DNA of 64,000 nt from a virus. Within the stretch, counting starts at the first letter, position 1, and each line of letters opens with the position of its first letter. Of the stretch, positions 9,245 to 20,866 are shown piece by piece. The position numbers and the translations under genes were made by a program. Below the pieces are notes generated by a model that was not told where the DNA came from, searched no databases, and worked only from the letters and a program-made list of their open reading frames with translations. The stretch covers positions 1 to 64,000 of the IMG/VR virus record IMGVR_UViG_3300040751_004835; one strand, given 5' to 3'.

Positions 9245-10975
9245 ATGGCCAATAACATTTTTAAGAAAAACAACATCCTTATTAAAGGTCTTTTAGGAGA
9301 TTCTTTTGAATTCCTTCAAAGAACATATAATCAGACGAGGAATGTTTTCACGGTTTCTTCTGCCTGGGGTCAGATCCTTTTTGTCCTTGAAAATTTATCT
9401 CAGCTAATTCTTTACTTCATAGAGGATTCCATCACAGAGCTAAACATGCAAGAAGCTACTAGGAATTATTCAATTAAGAGTTTAGCAAGGATTGCTGGTT
9501 ATGACCCGGTAAGGGGCATGTCAGCCCAAGGAGAAGCAGCAGTTGCCTGGAATTTAAGAGAGGATGATGCTGGTGGAGGAGCAGTTATCTTAAGTAACAA
9601 TCCTAAAATACAGAGTATACAAAATGGATTACCCTATACCCTAATTTTAAACTCCCCATCTGTTAAGGTACCACTTTCACGAGGGAATGCTTTTAATTTC
9701 AAAATTGTGCAGGGTTCTTTTTCTTCCTCAACATTTACTGGAACTGGACAATCGTTGCAGAGCTTTAACTTGCCATCTAAAGCTGGTGCTTACATAGATC
9801 AGTTTTATGTGAATGTATATGTTAATGGTAGCCCTTGGGAAAGGTATGAATCCTTATATGATATCCCGCTTGAGGGTGAAGGATATTTGGTCAAGAGTGG
9901 AATCAGTGAGGGTATAGATATTTATTTTGGAAATTCCAATTTTGGTAAAATCCCACAAGCTGGGAGCATTATTAGAGTTGAATATTTACAGACCTCTGGA
10001 TTCAGTGGGAATCTACAATCGAAAAAGGATACCAAACTCACATATCGTTTCCTCGATAGCGGAACAGACCTTTTTGGAAATAGCGTAAATCTAAATAATT
10101 ACCTTTCTATCGTTGGGGTACTTGATCCAAGCTTTGGAGCAGACCCAGAACCGATTGAACTAACAAGGATAGTAGCTCCTAAAACAAGTAGATCCTATGT
10201 TTTTGCAAACGCTGAAAATTATGAAATCTATTTGCAAAAGCTAAACATATTCTCACAAATACAGGCTTTTTCAACATTTGATGATGAATACCTGGATGAT
10301 GATAACGTAGTTTATATTTTCCTGGTTCCTGATGTAACTATTTCAATGACTTCAAACCAGGATTATTTTGACATCCCACAAACACAGTTTTTACTTACTA
10401 GATCCCAAAAGTTATCCCTATTGAATCTTATTGAAGATTCTGGAAGAATGATTGCTACTACCGTGGTGAAAATTTTGGATGCTGATATTAAAAGGTACAT
10501 TGGAAGTGTATCGATGTCGATCTTTGAGGGTTATGATCCAGAGGTTTTAAAGGATAAAGTTAGAGATAGAATATCTCAATACATGTTAAATCTTAAAAGA
10601 AGGGATAGAATACCAAAATCGGATATTATTGCTTTGATTGAGGGAATTGAGGGTGTTGATTCAGTTTCTTTCTTCTTTGTTGGTGAAGATAATGAAAAAT
10701 ACCACCGTACAGTAGATAACCTTTCTAATGCTTCTTCAGCTCAGCTAAATAGACAAATTGGTCTAGACGATTATGGTGATATTATTATAGGAAGGGGAGA
10801 GCTTATTCTCTTAAGAGGAGGATGGACTGATAGATATGGCACAGTCTACGAAGAAGGCATCGTAAGCGGTAAGCCCTCTGCTTTAAACATTGCTATTACT
10901 AGTATAAACCCAAGAAATTTCTTGAATAATCTGAATGCTCAGACTAAAGCAAAGTTAATGGAAAGTAACAGATAA
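9245..10975 (+). CDS. Baseplate wedge subunit (T4 gp6-like)
   Basis: A..YSIKSLARIAGYDP, IYFGNSNFGKIPQAGSIIRVEYLQTSG and GADPEPIE..APK motifs; follows the gp25-like gene. Confidence 0.8.
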   Translation: MANNIFKKNNILIKGLLGDSFEFLQRTYNQTRNVFTVSSAWGQILFVLENLSQLILYFIEDSITELNMQEATRNYSIKSLARIAGYDPVRGMSAQGEAAVAWNLREDDAGGGAVILSNNPKIQSIQNGLPYTLILNSPSVKVPLSRGNAFNFKIVQGSFSSSTFTGTGQSLQSFNLPSKAGAYIDQFYVNVYVNGSPWERYESLYDIPLEGEGYLVKSGISEGIDIYFGNSNFGKIPQAGSIIRVEYLQTSGFSGNLQSKKDTKLTYRFLDSGTDLFGNSVNLNNYLSIVGVLDPSFGADPEPIELTRIVAPKTSRSYVFANAENYEIYLQKLNIFSQIQAFSTFDDEYLDDDNVVYIFLVPDVTISMTSNQDYFDIPQTQFLLTRSQKLSLLNLIEDSGRMIATTVVKILDADIKRYIGSVSMSIFEGYDPEVLKDKVRDRISQYMLNLKRRDRIPKSDIIALIEGIEGVDSVSFFFVGEDNEKYHRTVDNLSNASSAQLNRQIGLDDYGDIIIGRGELILLRGGWTDRYGTVYEEGIVSGKPSALNIAITSINPRNFLNNLNAQTKAKLMESNR

Positions 10976-10976
10976 T

Positions 10977-11510
10977 ATGACTAAGAGAAATTATTCACCG
11001 TTTTTACCTCCAGTAGAATCATCATATACTGTTAAGGGTTTAAAATTTAGAGTTTCTACTCCTGAGTTTGAAACCTCTGATGATCTTTATGCAAGCATTG
11101 ATAAGGCTCAGGAAAGAGCATATAACATTGGCTGCTCTGGATATAGAAAGGTCACAACAAGTGCTTTGGGTGCGCAACTTTATGGGCCTTGTTCAAGCCT
11201 TGATACATATGTTGCTATCACTAAGGACATTAAGCCAAATGCTATGGAGAGGAGATATTACCAATTTGATCCGACGGAAAATCTTTATGATATACGCAAT
11301 TCCATCAACGATGCTGATATTAAAGAGGGATTTGATTATAAGAACCAGATTTTTGAAAGAACTCTTTCTAATGTAATGTTTAGGGATCCTAGAAAAGTAG
11401 CTATTCTTGAGAATATGCAAAGAGTGGTTTTTGCTTTGATTGAGTCAGTAAAACAGATCAGAAACTTCTTTAACTATACAGTTCCTTTCAATAATAAAAG
11501 GGTATTCTAA
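10977..11510 (+). CDS. Hypothetical baseplate-region protein
   Basis: 177-aa ORF tightly packed between the gp6-like gene and a large structural gene. Confidence 0.5.
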   Translation: MTKRNYSPFLPPVESSYTVKGLKFRVSTPEFETSDDLYASIDKAQERAYNIGCSGYRKVTTSALGAQLYGPCSSLDTYVAITKDIKPNAMERRYYQFDPTENLYDIRNSINDADIKEGFDYKNQIFERTLSNVMFRDPRKVAILENMQRVVFALIESVKQIRNFFNYTVPFNNKRVF

Positions 11511-11512
11511 AA

Positions 11513-14500
11513 ATGGCGGATAGGCATTTAAAATTTTATAACAAACAAGGTAATCCTCTCAATTTTGAGTATGTTGGTGCAACCGCGGGTGTACCACTCA
11601 CGTATACTTTTAACTACGAGACATTTTCGGTTAACACAACCCCTGCTGCTGGTAACCTTTCCCTAATAAATCTATCAAGCAATGTACTTTATTTCAATGT
11701 CAAAGATTTAAATGGGTTTAATATTAGCAACTGGGCCACCACTGTTAATGAGAAGATACAAATGGGTGGAAAGGTCACTTTAAGACTTAGTATCCAACCA
11801 GCCAACCTAATTAATGCCTATATTGCTTCCACGTCTATATCTGGAGGCATAGTTACTGTTAATCTAAATGGTTATAACGGACCTACTGCTATATCCAATA
11901 GCAACCTGGCTTATTGCGAGACTATAGCACAAGATTTACCTGGTGGATACTTTAAAGGTAGTATCTTTTTTGAACCTGTGTCTGCTGGTCTATATGAAAA
12001 TGAACAAATCTTTGTTCTCCAGGAATTTAAGGACTCAACATCTGGACTTAACTTTGTTGGATTTCCACACACAGGAGCAACAGGTTCAAGCAATGAACCT
12101 CTTTGGAGATCTAGATGGGAGAACGATTCCTATGGTGATGTAGACGTTTCTAATATCATTTTCACATACAAAATTACTGAAAATGACCCGGATGTAGGTG
12201 GAGACCCAACAATTACAAACTATCAAAACATAGTTTTTCCTGTAGTTAAAAATGTCTCTGACGCTTACTCTGGTGGATATGTTTCTACTCCAGAAGCTGC
12301 TACTCCATCCCGTGCACTTCAAATAAATGTTGCAATCGGAGCACCAGATCAAGCAGCAGAAGTTTATGAGAGAAAGCTCATCATAGAGGATATTACATCA
12401 GGTACAGCCTCTAAAGTTGCTGAGATTGATTTCTACGGTCAGATCATTGGCTCTGATGAAAGATTGGATGTCTTAACAAGAAACCTGGGTAGAGCATTTA
12501 TAAACGAGGACTCTAGAATTCTTCGGAATCACGATCCAGAGGAACCTTTGCCTAATTATATAGAAATTAACGAGAAAAGAAAGGAACTCATGGTTGCCGG
12601 GGAAGAGATCTTCCCATATATTGGTAGTTATAAGGGACTAATAGGTGCTTTGAAATTCTTTGGCTATCAGGATCTAAGGATCAAAGAATACTGGTTGAAT
12701 TTAAATTATCAGAGGGTAAACCTTACTCCACTACAGGAAAATCAAATATTCCTAAATAATTACGCCAATACAAAAACGCCAAACCAAACCGTTTTAATTG
12801 CAGATGTTCTCGATAATGAGAATAGTGGAAAGTATAGATTAGAGCAAACGTATGGTCCAAATGCTGATGGGGAGTATGTACTGGATGTTTCCTCTGAAAA
12901 TACCCTTGTACCTTCAAGAACATATAAAAAGACAGCATTGTTCGGTCTTTATTACGATATAAACACAACATCTAGTAATGTTGACCCTTATGGATATCCG
13001 GTAACACCCGAGGCTTTCACTTTTACACAGGAGGAGGTTCTTCTGAAGCTGTTTGCTCTTAAGGAAAGATTGAAACAAAGTTATTTGCCATTAAACGCTA
13101 GAATAATCGACATTACTGGAGAGGGTGTTTACTATAACGTTTATAATTCAAAAGCCTGGACCGATACTTTAGAAAGGGATGAGATAGATTCGGGTAACAA
13201 CATTAGGTTTATTTCCAATCCGGATTTTGGGTTTCTTGAGGATTTAAGGGCCTTTGGGACGAGAACCGATCCTAAGTCAATTCAAGCTCCTATGAACTAC
13301 AACAACATCGTTGATATAGATGTTGAGGTTATAGGTCCTTCTGGTGATGCTTTTAGATTCTCAACCGGAAATGCTTTGAATCCAACCATCTCTATTCAAA
13401 GAGGAAAGCAATATGATTTCAATCTCATTTCTTCTGGATATGATTTATATTTTACCGCGGATGCTTCTCTGAGTCAAGTTGATCCGCTAGGAATATCTAA
13501 TAATGGAACAACTGGAGGCATCGTACAGATTGATGTCAATCCGCAAGCAACTGGACCTTACTATTATTACTCCACCGTCAATCCATCTAAGATGAATGGT
13601 GTTGTTAATATTGTTGATGCGCCAGTATCTGATTTTGGTAATTCAGTCAATCCGCTATATAATGGACAAAAATACACTGCTTCACAGAATCAAACCATAT
13701 TAACAGCTATCTCAAACTTCTATGATAAGAAGATGAACGGGGAGATTTTTAATCTGGGAGATAACATCGCAACTTCATTTCCTGTTGAGGATTGTGCTGT
13801 TGATATCGGAATGCCTGTTATCTTGGAACTTTTGCCCGATACCTGGGATTGGGACGAAATGGGAATGTCTTGGGATTCTTTGAATCTTCCATCTTTCCAG
13901 AGTCAAAATAGTGCTTTAACTTGGAGAACCATAGATTTTTCTGCCTATAATGAAATTGAATGGGTAATTAACAAATCTCAGACACAACCCGGTTCGGGTT
14001 ACAATTTCTCGCATAGAGGCTATGCAGTTGATTTCTATAAGTTGGCTCACTTCCTTCCATATAGTGGGGAATATGACGTAACCTGTTACCTGTATGATGC
14101 CTTTAATTTTAAGAATAGGAAAATTGTAAAGTCTTCGATAACTGTTTCTCCAAGGACTATATTAATTGATGGGTGGACGAGATACAGAGAGAATGAAAAG
14201 TATTCTTGGGACCTTACAATCCGAGACTGGGATAGTTATGATTCAATCTGGGAATATCCAGCAGAAGGTAAAACTAAAACTGAGCTCCAGAAGGAAATTC
14301 CAGAGGAGTTATTGGACTTTGCGATATATGGCAACAATGCCCTAGATGGACAAATATTACAAGTCGGAAGAAACGTTCCAGCTGTGGGTGCATCTGGTGA
14401 TTTCAGATTAAGCCAAAACATACTTTCGGTTTCTAAGATCTACTCTCTTTTAATTTCTGGCAGTCAGTATGGCTTTGCCAACGTCTTTACAACAGTTCCT

Positions 14501-15544
14501 CACAATTTTGTTGACGGAGCGGATGTTTTTATCACTGGTAGTATTGATGACTTGAATAAGTCTTGGAAGATATCGATTCCTGCGGGAGCAACTGGCTATT
14601 CTTTCCAAATACCTTATATCTTAGGAAACCAGGCAGGTGTAGGTGCAACTTCCGGACCGTCTTCTATTGCTGGAGGAACTGGATATTATGTTTTACCTTC
14701 CCTTTACCCGGATCAAAAGGTGACTGGTGGTGGTACTATCGCTGTATCTGTAAACGGTAGGGTAATTGGAGCAACAGCTTCGGGATCAAACCTGCAGTCT
14801 ACTGCAAATTCTATTATTCAGGAGATCAATAAAGTAGTAACACAACCGGATTACTATGCACAGACTTTTGAACCTACTGATAATCCAGTAACAATTAATA
14901 TTGTGGCTGATACCGAGAGTGGAAATATTGGAAATGGAGACACCTTAACAGTTTCGCTTACTGGTTCACTGAATCTAGTTTCTTCAGATTCCCAACTTTC
15001 TGGCGGTGCAACTGGTGGCTTCAGGTATGTTAATTGGGACGCGTCTTCTGGTACTAATCCGGTAGAGAATCTTAAATATTTTGGTACCAAGAATTTAAAA
15101 TGGCAAACATTTACACAATCCTCTTGGGACAATGCTTACGCTCATTCTTGGGACGATTTAGAATTTGAAAATGGATGGCTCGGTGGCTATGAAATACACA
15201 GTGCTAAAGTTGGAGATAATGTCAAAATAAGTACAGGTAGCGAATCTTTCCCATTCCCTGTTGGTGTTACTTTTGGACCTACCGGTGGTGGAACAGGTGC
15301 TTCTGCTTATTTGACTTTGGGTTCAGCTGCAAGTCAATTGAATGCTTCTTCAGACCCGAACATTACTAATTTCTACTATAGAGTTATACCAGAGACTGCA
15401 TCTGCAACTTTAACCACTGCAGGTCCTTCTTCTATTTCCCTATTCCCGTTTGCTGCTGTTGGTGGTAGTGGGGCAGTGCCAGCATCAGTGCCTGGTGCAC
15501 CACCTCCATTGGTTGTATCATTTACAGTAGCGACCGGACCATAA
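11513..15544 (+). CDS. Large baseplate wedge/structural protein (gp7-like position)
   Basis: 1343 aa. YIGSYKGLIGALKFFGY resembles the baseplate wedge 'KGT..I..L' motif; Gly/Thr-rich beta domains. Confidence 0.55.
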   Translation: MADRHLKFYNKQGNPLNFEYVGATAGVPLTYTFNYETFSVNTTPAAGNLSLINLSSNVLYFNVKDLNGFNISNWATTVNEKIQMGGKVTLRLSIQPANLINAYIASTSISGGIVTVNLNGYNGPTAISNSNLAYCETIAQDLPGGYFKGSIFFEPVSAGLYENEQIFVLQEFKDSTSGLNFVGFPHTGATGSSNEPLWRSRWENDSYGDVDVSNIIFTYKITENDPDVGGDPTITNYQNIVFPVVKNVSDAYSGGYVSTPEAATPSRALQINVAIGAPDQAAEVYERKLIIEDITSGTASKVAEIDFYGQIIGSDERLDVLTRNLGRAFINEDSRILRNHDPEEPLPNYIEINEKRKELMVAGEEIFPYIGSYKGLIGALKFFGYQDLRIKEYWLNLNYQRVNLTPLQENQIFLNNYANTKTPNQTVLIADVLDNENSGKYRLEQTYGPNADGEYVLDVSSENTLVPSRTYKKTALFGLYYDINTTSSNVDPYGYPVTPEAFTFTQEEVLLKLFALKERLKQSYLPLNARIIDITGEGVYYNVYNSKAWTDTLERDEIDSGNNIRFISNPDFGFLEDLRAFGTRTDPKSIQAPMNYNNIVDIDVEVIGPSGDAFRFSTGNALNPTISIQRGKQYDFNLISSGYDLYFTADASLSQVDPLGISNNGTTGGIVQIDVNPQATGPYYYYSTVNPSKMNGVVNIVDAPVSDFGNSVNPLYNGQKYTASQNQTILTAISNFYDKKMNGEIFNLGDNIATSFPVEDCAVDIGMPVILELLPDTWDWDEMGMSWDSLNLPSFQSQNSALTWRTIDFSAYNEIEWVINKSQTQPGSGYNFSHRGYAVDFYKLAHFLPYSGEYDVTCYLYDAFNFKNRKIVKSSITVSPRTILIDGWTRYRENEKYSWDLTIRDWDSYDSIWEYPAEGKTKTELQKEIPEELLDFAIYGNNALDGQILQVGRNVPAVGASGDFRLSQNILSVSKIYSLLISGSQYGFANVFTTVPHNFVDGADVFITGSIDDLNKSWKISIPAGATGYSFQIPYILGNQAGVGATSGPSSIAGGTGYYVLPSLYPDQKVTGGGTIAVSVNGRVIGATASGSNLQSTANSIIQEINKVVTQPDYYAQTFEPTDNPVTINIVADTESGNIGNGDTLTVSLTGSLNLVSSDSQLSGGATGGFRYVNWDASSGTNPVENLKYFGTKNLKWQTFTQSSWDNAYAHSWDDLEFENGWLGGYEIHSAKVGDNVKISTGSESFPFPVGVTFGPTGGGTGASAYLTLGSAASQLNASSDPNITNFYYRVIPETASATLTTAGPSSISLFPFAAVGGSGAVPASVPGAPPPLVVSFTVATGP

Positions 15545-15556
15545 AAAATTACCGAT

Positions 15557-17182
15557 ATGTCTTCAACAATTCAAATATACGAAACACAGTCAGTTATTTT
15601 TACAGATACCACTTTTGGTGGATTACCTCCTTATGATAGAAGGTGGACTTTTAGTGGTGGCAACATTGCTTCTGCCACTGGAGCAACTGCCCAGGTAAGG
15701 TATAATATTCCTGGCCAATACACAGCTACCTTAACAGTAACTGATTTTAATAATGTTACAAATTCATTTACCTCCACCAACGGTATAGAAGTATTGACAG
15801 CTTCGGTAACTTCATCCTTTAGTGTTGCACCAAACCCAGTTCTGATGTCACAAGAAGCACAATTTACCAACACTTCCACTGGAGTACCAGAAGCACCTAC
15901 CTCTTATCAATGGGTTATAGGAGGATCTAACTATTCAACAAGTACTAACCCTACTCTAGAATACGATGATTGGAAACTCGTCCCTGGAGCTAATATAGCA
16001 GCTGCTCCTGGAGCAACTGTGCTTGTTTCTACGAGACTTGATGCCACAAGTTCTTTTGCCACTGATACTAGTTCTTCTTCAATAACAGTTACTAAAACCG
16101 GGGTACAAGAAAATAATTATATAAACAGGATTGGTCCAGCCCAACCTTATTCACAGGAAGGGGTTATCACAAGTACCGGAAGACAAACAGGTGTCTTTGG
16201 GTATCCTACTAATTCCTATGTTTTTAAGATTGACTTTTCTTCCGCAGCGAGTGGTCAATTTGTTACTGGATTTCACTCTACTCAAGAGGATGCTTACATA
16301 GAATGTACAGGTCTTAGTGGCAACCCACTTTTTGTAACCGCAGGTGTTTCGCGTGTTAGAGGTTATATTGTTGTGGAGGACTATTTTTATGCGAGCGGTG
16401 ATATAGAAATAATAACTGGACGCTACATATACCCTTCCCTACCTAACCTCGGAAGACCGAAACAACTCTACTTTGCAGACGATGGCCAATCTGGAAATAT
16501 TACTGATCTGGTTGCCAACGGAAATTATTCTCTATCCCTAATTGCAGATATCTTAAATAATGTTTATCCGCAGTTAAATTCAGCACAGAGTGATTATTGG
16601 TCTCCAAGATTTCCGATTACTAGCCGAAGTTCTGGGTTTAACCCTGTAGTTTATTCGCCACAATATTTCACGAATCTTGGATACACTGGTAATGCCTACG
16701 AGATTTATATAACTGTTAATGGCTCTTTTAATGCAACTTGTACTGTTAATGCTAATTCTGGGCAGGGAAATGAGCCTGGGTCGCTTAATTTCGAATATTA
16801 TGTAATGCAAGATGTTACAGGAAATGATGGGGTTGCTACACAGTTGAATGCTGCCATAAGTTCATCATCAATACCCGGTGGTACTGGTGCGATTGAATTT
16901 ACTGCAGTTAAAAACTATAATATTAATTCACTTGGAACCCCAGCTGATTATTATGGTTTAAAAATGGAGGTTAAAAGTGAGAGTATCGAAACTGTGCAAA
17001 TAAAAGATAACTCTGCTACACTAAATGCATCACTTTCTTTGAACTTAGCTCCATTTGCTTATTATTATACTGGTAGCTCAAGTGTTCTTTCTTGCTCTGG
17101 TATGCCACCTGATTTAACCTTACCTACAAACGATTACTTTGAGCTGGGTAAGCGAATAGTGTACGGAAATACCATATTCTAA
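15557..17182 (+). CDS. PKD-domain virion protein
   Basis: Two PKD-like repeats: FTDTT..WTFSGG..YNIPGQYTATLTVT and FTNTSTG..SYQWVIG..STNP. Confidence 0.7.
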   Translation: MSSTIQIYETQSVIFTDTTFGGLPPYDRRWTFSGGNIASATGATAQVRYNIPGQYTATLTVTDFNNVTNSFTSTNGIEVLTASVTSSFSVAPNPVLMSQEAQFTNTSTGVPEAPTSYQWVIGGSNYSTSTNPTLEYDDWKLVPGANIAAAPGATVLVSTRLDATSSFATDTSSSSITVTKTGVQENNYINRIGPAQPYSQEGVITSTGRQTGVFGYPTNSYVFKIDFSSAASGQFVTGFHSTQEDAYIECTGLSGNPLFVTAGVSRVRGYIVVEDYFYASGDIEIITGRYIYPSLPNLGRPKQLYFADDGQSGNITDLVANGNYSLSLIADILNNVYPQLNSAQSDYWSPRFPITSRSSGFNPVVYSPQYFTNLGYTGNAYEIYITVNGSFNATCTVNANSGQGNEPGSLNFEYYVMQDVTGNDGVATQLNAAISSSSIPGGTGAIEFTAVKNYNINSLGTPADYYGLKMEVKSESIETVQIKDNSATLNASLSLNLAPFAYYYTGSSSVLSCSGMPPDLTLPTNDYFELGKRIVYGNTIF

Positions 17183-17203
17183 AATTTTGATAAATAGAAA
17201 GCA

Positions 17204-20200
17204 ATGCCAACAACTTTTTTCTATATAAACACTGCAGCTCTTGATTCCTTTGGGGACGTTTGGGCTGTGGGGAGAGATCTTACCAAATACGATGGCGAAA
17301 ATTGGTCATACTATAATTACCAAAATTCGGTGGTTCCTAGCAATGATCCATACTTCTTGGATACTAGGTCAATCTCTATTGATAATGAAAACAGCAAATG
17401 GGTTGGGTGTGCAGTAACTGCTTCTTTATCTCAGGAATTAGTTTTTAAGGCTGCTGGAAGTCAGGCTGCTACTGGGGAAAGTTGGTCTTTAAGTCAATTT
17501 GGAAATTATTCTTCACAGTCTCCTAATTGGGAAGTACCTACTATTTACGCAAGTCCCTACACGGAGGAGGTTCTTGCTTTTATCTCACCCCTGAACGGAG
17601 GTTCTGGAACAGGCGGAACTGGAAACACCGGGGTGACTGGCGGATATCTTTGGAGGTATGATAAAGTGTCTGAGCAATGGAATGAGATAAGCCCAGGATA
17701 TACATGGCCTCACATTTATGAGATAACAGCTAAGGGTGAAGGTGGTAATACATTTGAGTATTATCTAAGCACAAATGACGGACTCCAAACTATCCCTCAG
17801 GGAAATCTTGATCCTATAACTTTGGATAATGGCGAGCTTGCAATTAAGCAGCTTTCTAAATACAATTCTATTACCTCTGGTATTGGCGGTGATATTGTGT
17901 ACGATGTTTCTTTTGATGAGGATGGAAACTATTGGGCTGGTACCGAGAATGGTATAACATATTGGGATGGTAAGAAATTCTATAATTGGAATATTGGATC
18001 CGGCGTAGGAGTAACTAAGGTAGTAGCCAGAAAGAATGGGCACGTCTTTTTTAGGATAGGAAATCCGTTTGATCAGCCTTCTACTTCAAATGGATTCTAT
18101 CATTTTAATGGGGATTCCTTCACCCATTTAACTTCTTCCAATACAAATCTGCCTGATAATAGGGTGATTGAATTAATGAAGGTTGAAGAAAAATCTCTAG
18201 CCGGAACAAGGAAGATTTATGAAGAGGATCTTTGGATTGTTGCTGGCAATAATATTTGCCTCTTTGATTATACCCTGCCTCACGTATACGGAACATCTAA
18301 GTATACAGGAACCACAGGATGGAATTTTGTTTATTATACACACACCACAGAGGGCGGAACTACTGATACTGCTAGACTTCCGAAAGCTGACAAATACACT
18401 TGGAAATACCCAACCTGGAGAGGATACGATAATGAATACCTAAAAAATCATCATCCTGGTTTGGATCCAAGAAACTTGTTTTTGGAAACCAATTTCAAAG
18501 ACATTGCAAGCGGTAAAGCGGGGGAACAACCCTATTGGAATAATGGGGAGATAATCCCTTACAGCGATGAAGAGCTTTCTAAACTTATAGCAGATTCTGA
18601 CTGGCTCACAGACACAACTACTTTTACAGTAACCTCTGCTAGTAAGTACCGTGATTATAACGTGGTAACCGGTTATTCAAGCGAAAACTCGATAAATTTT
18701 GGGGAGAAAAACAACCTTACCCCAAACTATACACTTCCCAATCCTAACCCAACGGACTCTTCTGGAGCAACTGCTGATGTTGGATTTGTTGCACTTTACT
18801 CTGATGGTGGTCAGATCAAAACTGTGGTCCCATTTAGAGGACATTCTACTAAGGTTTATAAAGCCCTTCCATCTGTTGATAATTCTTCAGTATTTGTTCT
18901 GGGAACTTTTAAAAGATACTTAGAGGCAGGCGAGTTTATCTACTCGAGCAAATACCCAGGAGCTGCTGATATGACTGTTACTGGAGCTACTGGACCAACT
19001 GGTGGACCTGTTGGATTTTCTAACATTGCCTCTCCTGGCTTAACCGCATCATATGACTATCCTTGGATATTGAACGCAGCAACAGGAGCCACTAGTGGCA
19101 TCTACTTGCCACAAACTTCAATACTTAGCGATACTGAGGCAATCTTCATGGCTGAAGTTGAGGTTGATCTCGGAAGTAAGGTTAGTTATGGAGATATTGA
19201 TTTTTCTGCTGGAGAAGTTGTTAAAAACCAGTTTTCTCTGAAGAATTTTAGATATTTCCCTGGTGCTAGTGGTTCTTTTGATCCAACTGGGGTAATTGAT
19301 GCATCTTATTCACCTCCATCTTTGATTGAAAATCTTGATTTATCTGTTACTGAAAACTCGGTAAGACTTATTTCAAACTATTCTGGTGGTTTAGCAACAC
19401 TTAAAGATGGTTGGTTTGATCTAAGTGATCTACCAAACTCACCTGAGTTTATCTTCTCCTCCAAAACTTCTGGAACATATGATAGAAGTGGTAGTGTGGT
19501 TGATATGAACTCGAGTCTTTCTATTAGAGGAGGATTTAACGTGGGACTTACCGGATCTTCAACCTCAAGTGTTGATGGTATTACATCTCTGGAAAATTCA
19601 TTGACATACCTTCTTACAGGTACTTCTACTCGTGACGTAACTGTTGGTAGCCTTTCTCTAACTCACCCGAATCCTGGCTATTCTTATCCGTACTTTGTTT
19701 TAAATGATTTCAATAATTTACCACTCTCTGGTGCCTTTATAAAAAATTCTGGTGGGACTGCTTCTGGGTATACAAATTGGTTCAATACAATCTCTGGATA
19801 TAGGTCTGAAGATACCTATTATGTAAACACCCTTTATACTGACACCCCAGTTCTTTCTCCAGCATCTAGAACTGCTTCTTTAAGTGGCATCGGGACATCT
19901 GGTGGTGTAAATGTTTTAACCCTTTTGATTAGACCTGGTGGTAACTATTCTCAGCTTTCAGCTTATGAGGTTCTTCCAACTAGCTATGGTAGTCCTTTCC
20001 TATCTTCTATAAGTGATCAAAGTGATGCTTTACCTGGGGGTGATCAATATTTAGCTCTGTATTATCAGAGGACAAGCGGTGTTACCGGTAGTGGTCATAA
20101 CATTATAAAGAGAAACGTAACTGGAACCTATGTAGACATTGCTTCAACTTTTGGACAAGGAAATACTGGGGACCAATCCCAGTTAAAATTCCACGTTGGT

Positions 20201-20866
20201 CCTAAGCTGGACGTATTCGTTGCCGGATCAAGCGCGGGAGTAACAGGTCCCTCCAACCTACCCTATAGTTCTGCTACAGGATCGTTCGTTTCATTCCTGG
20301 AAAGCTATAAGCCTGGTGTTGGTAAAGATATGGGTAATATTATTTCTAGAGCTGGTTCTGGAGCCTGGACTTGGGTCGATGTACACAACTCGGATTCAGA
20401 TCTTTTTGTTCCGATGCTTTCTACAGTATTCCTAAGTAATTACGATAGCAAAATTTTTGGTAAAAATTCCAACAGATGGAAGCTTACTAATGCTTTGTCT
20501 GGTGAGGTTCTTTTGGACATTAAAGACATACCATATTTCATTTACACCTTCTCAACTTCTGGATACTACTCTATACAAAATATTGTGGAAGATTGCAACG
20601 GCAACGTTTATGAGATTTCAAAACCTGCCTTTGTTAAAGTAGTGGACCAAACAGTTCCAGAAGCTGATGATCCTAATCCAGAGTTTGTGAATTCTGCTGA
20701 TTATGGATATAGAAAACCACCTAAGTATATGAGCGGATCTGAGTACAGGGAACTTTCAAAAGATCTTTCCGAAGAGCAAAAAAGGATTATGTTACAAAAC
20801 TTAGTTCCTTTCGGGTCTGCTTTGATTATACAGGACAATCCGGACGCTACTTTTGATCAATTCTAA
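17204..20866 (+). CDS. Large virion protein with N-terminal beta-propeller (two-component-regulator-propeller-like) blades
   Basis: DSFGDVWAVG, DNENSKWVG, DEDGNYWAGTENGITYWDG and NTNLPDNRV blades; C-terminal Ig/PKD-like segment. Confidence 0.6.
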   Translation: MPTTFFYINTAALDSFGDVWAVGRDLTKYDGENWSYYNYQNSVVPSNDPYFLDTRSISIDNENSKWVGCAVTASLSQELVFKAAGSQAATGESWSLSQFGNYSSQSPNWEVPTIYASPYTEEVLAFISPLNGGSGTGGTGNTGVTGGYLWRYDKVSEQWNEISPGYTWPHIYEITAKGEGGNTFEYYLSTNDGLQTIPQGNLDPITLDNGELAIKQLSKYNSITSGIGGDIVYDVSFDEDGNYWAGTENGITYWDGKKFYNWNIGSGVGVTKVVARKNGHVFFRIGNPFDQPSTSNGFYHFNGDSFTHLTSSNTNLPDNRVIELMKVEEKSLAGTRKIYEEDLWIVAGNNICLFDYTLPHVYGTSKYTGTTGWNFVYYTHTTEGGTTDTARLPKADKYTWKYPTWRGYDNEYLKNHHPGLDPRNLFLETNFKDIASGKAGEQPYWNNGEIIPYSDEELSKLIADSDWLTDTTTFTVTSASKYRDYNVVTGYSSENSINFGEKNNLTPNYTLPNPNPTDSSGATADVGFVALYSDGGQIKTVVPFRGHSTKVYKALPSVDNSSVFVLGTFKRYLEAGEFIYSSKYPGAADMTVTGATGPTGGPVGFSNIASPGLTASYDYPWILNAATGATSGIYLPQTSILSDTEAIFMAEVEVDLGSKVSYGDIDFSAGEVVKNQFSLKNFRYFPGASGSFDPTGVIDASYSPPSLIENLDLSVTENSVRLISNYSGGLATLKDGWFDLSDLPNSPEFIFSSKTSGTYDRSGSVVDMNSSLSIRGGFNVGLTGSSTSSVDGITSLENSLTYLLTGTSTRDVTVGSLSLTHPNPGYSYPYFVLNDFNNLPLSGAFIKNSGGTASGYTNWFNTISGYRSEDTYYVNTLYTDTPVLSPASRTASLSGIGTSGGVNVLTLLIRPGGNYSQLSAYEVLPTSYGSPFLSSISDQSDALPGGDQYLALYYQRTSGVTGSGHNIIKRNVTGTYVDIASTFGQGNTGDQSQLKFHVGPKLDVFVAGSSAGVTGPSNLPYSSATGSFVSFLESYKPGVGKDMGNIISRAGSGAWTWVDVHNSDSDLFVPMLSTVFLSNYDSKIFGKNSNRWKLTNALSGEVLLDIKDIPYFIYTFSTSGYYSIQNIVEDCNGNVYEISKPAFVKVVDQTVPEADDPNPEFVNSADYGYRKPPKYMSGSEYRELSKDLSEEQKRIMLQNLVPFGSALIIQDNPDATFDQF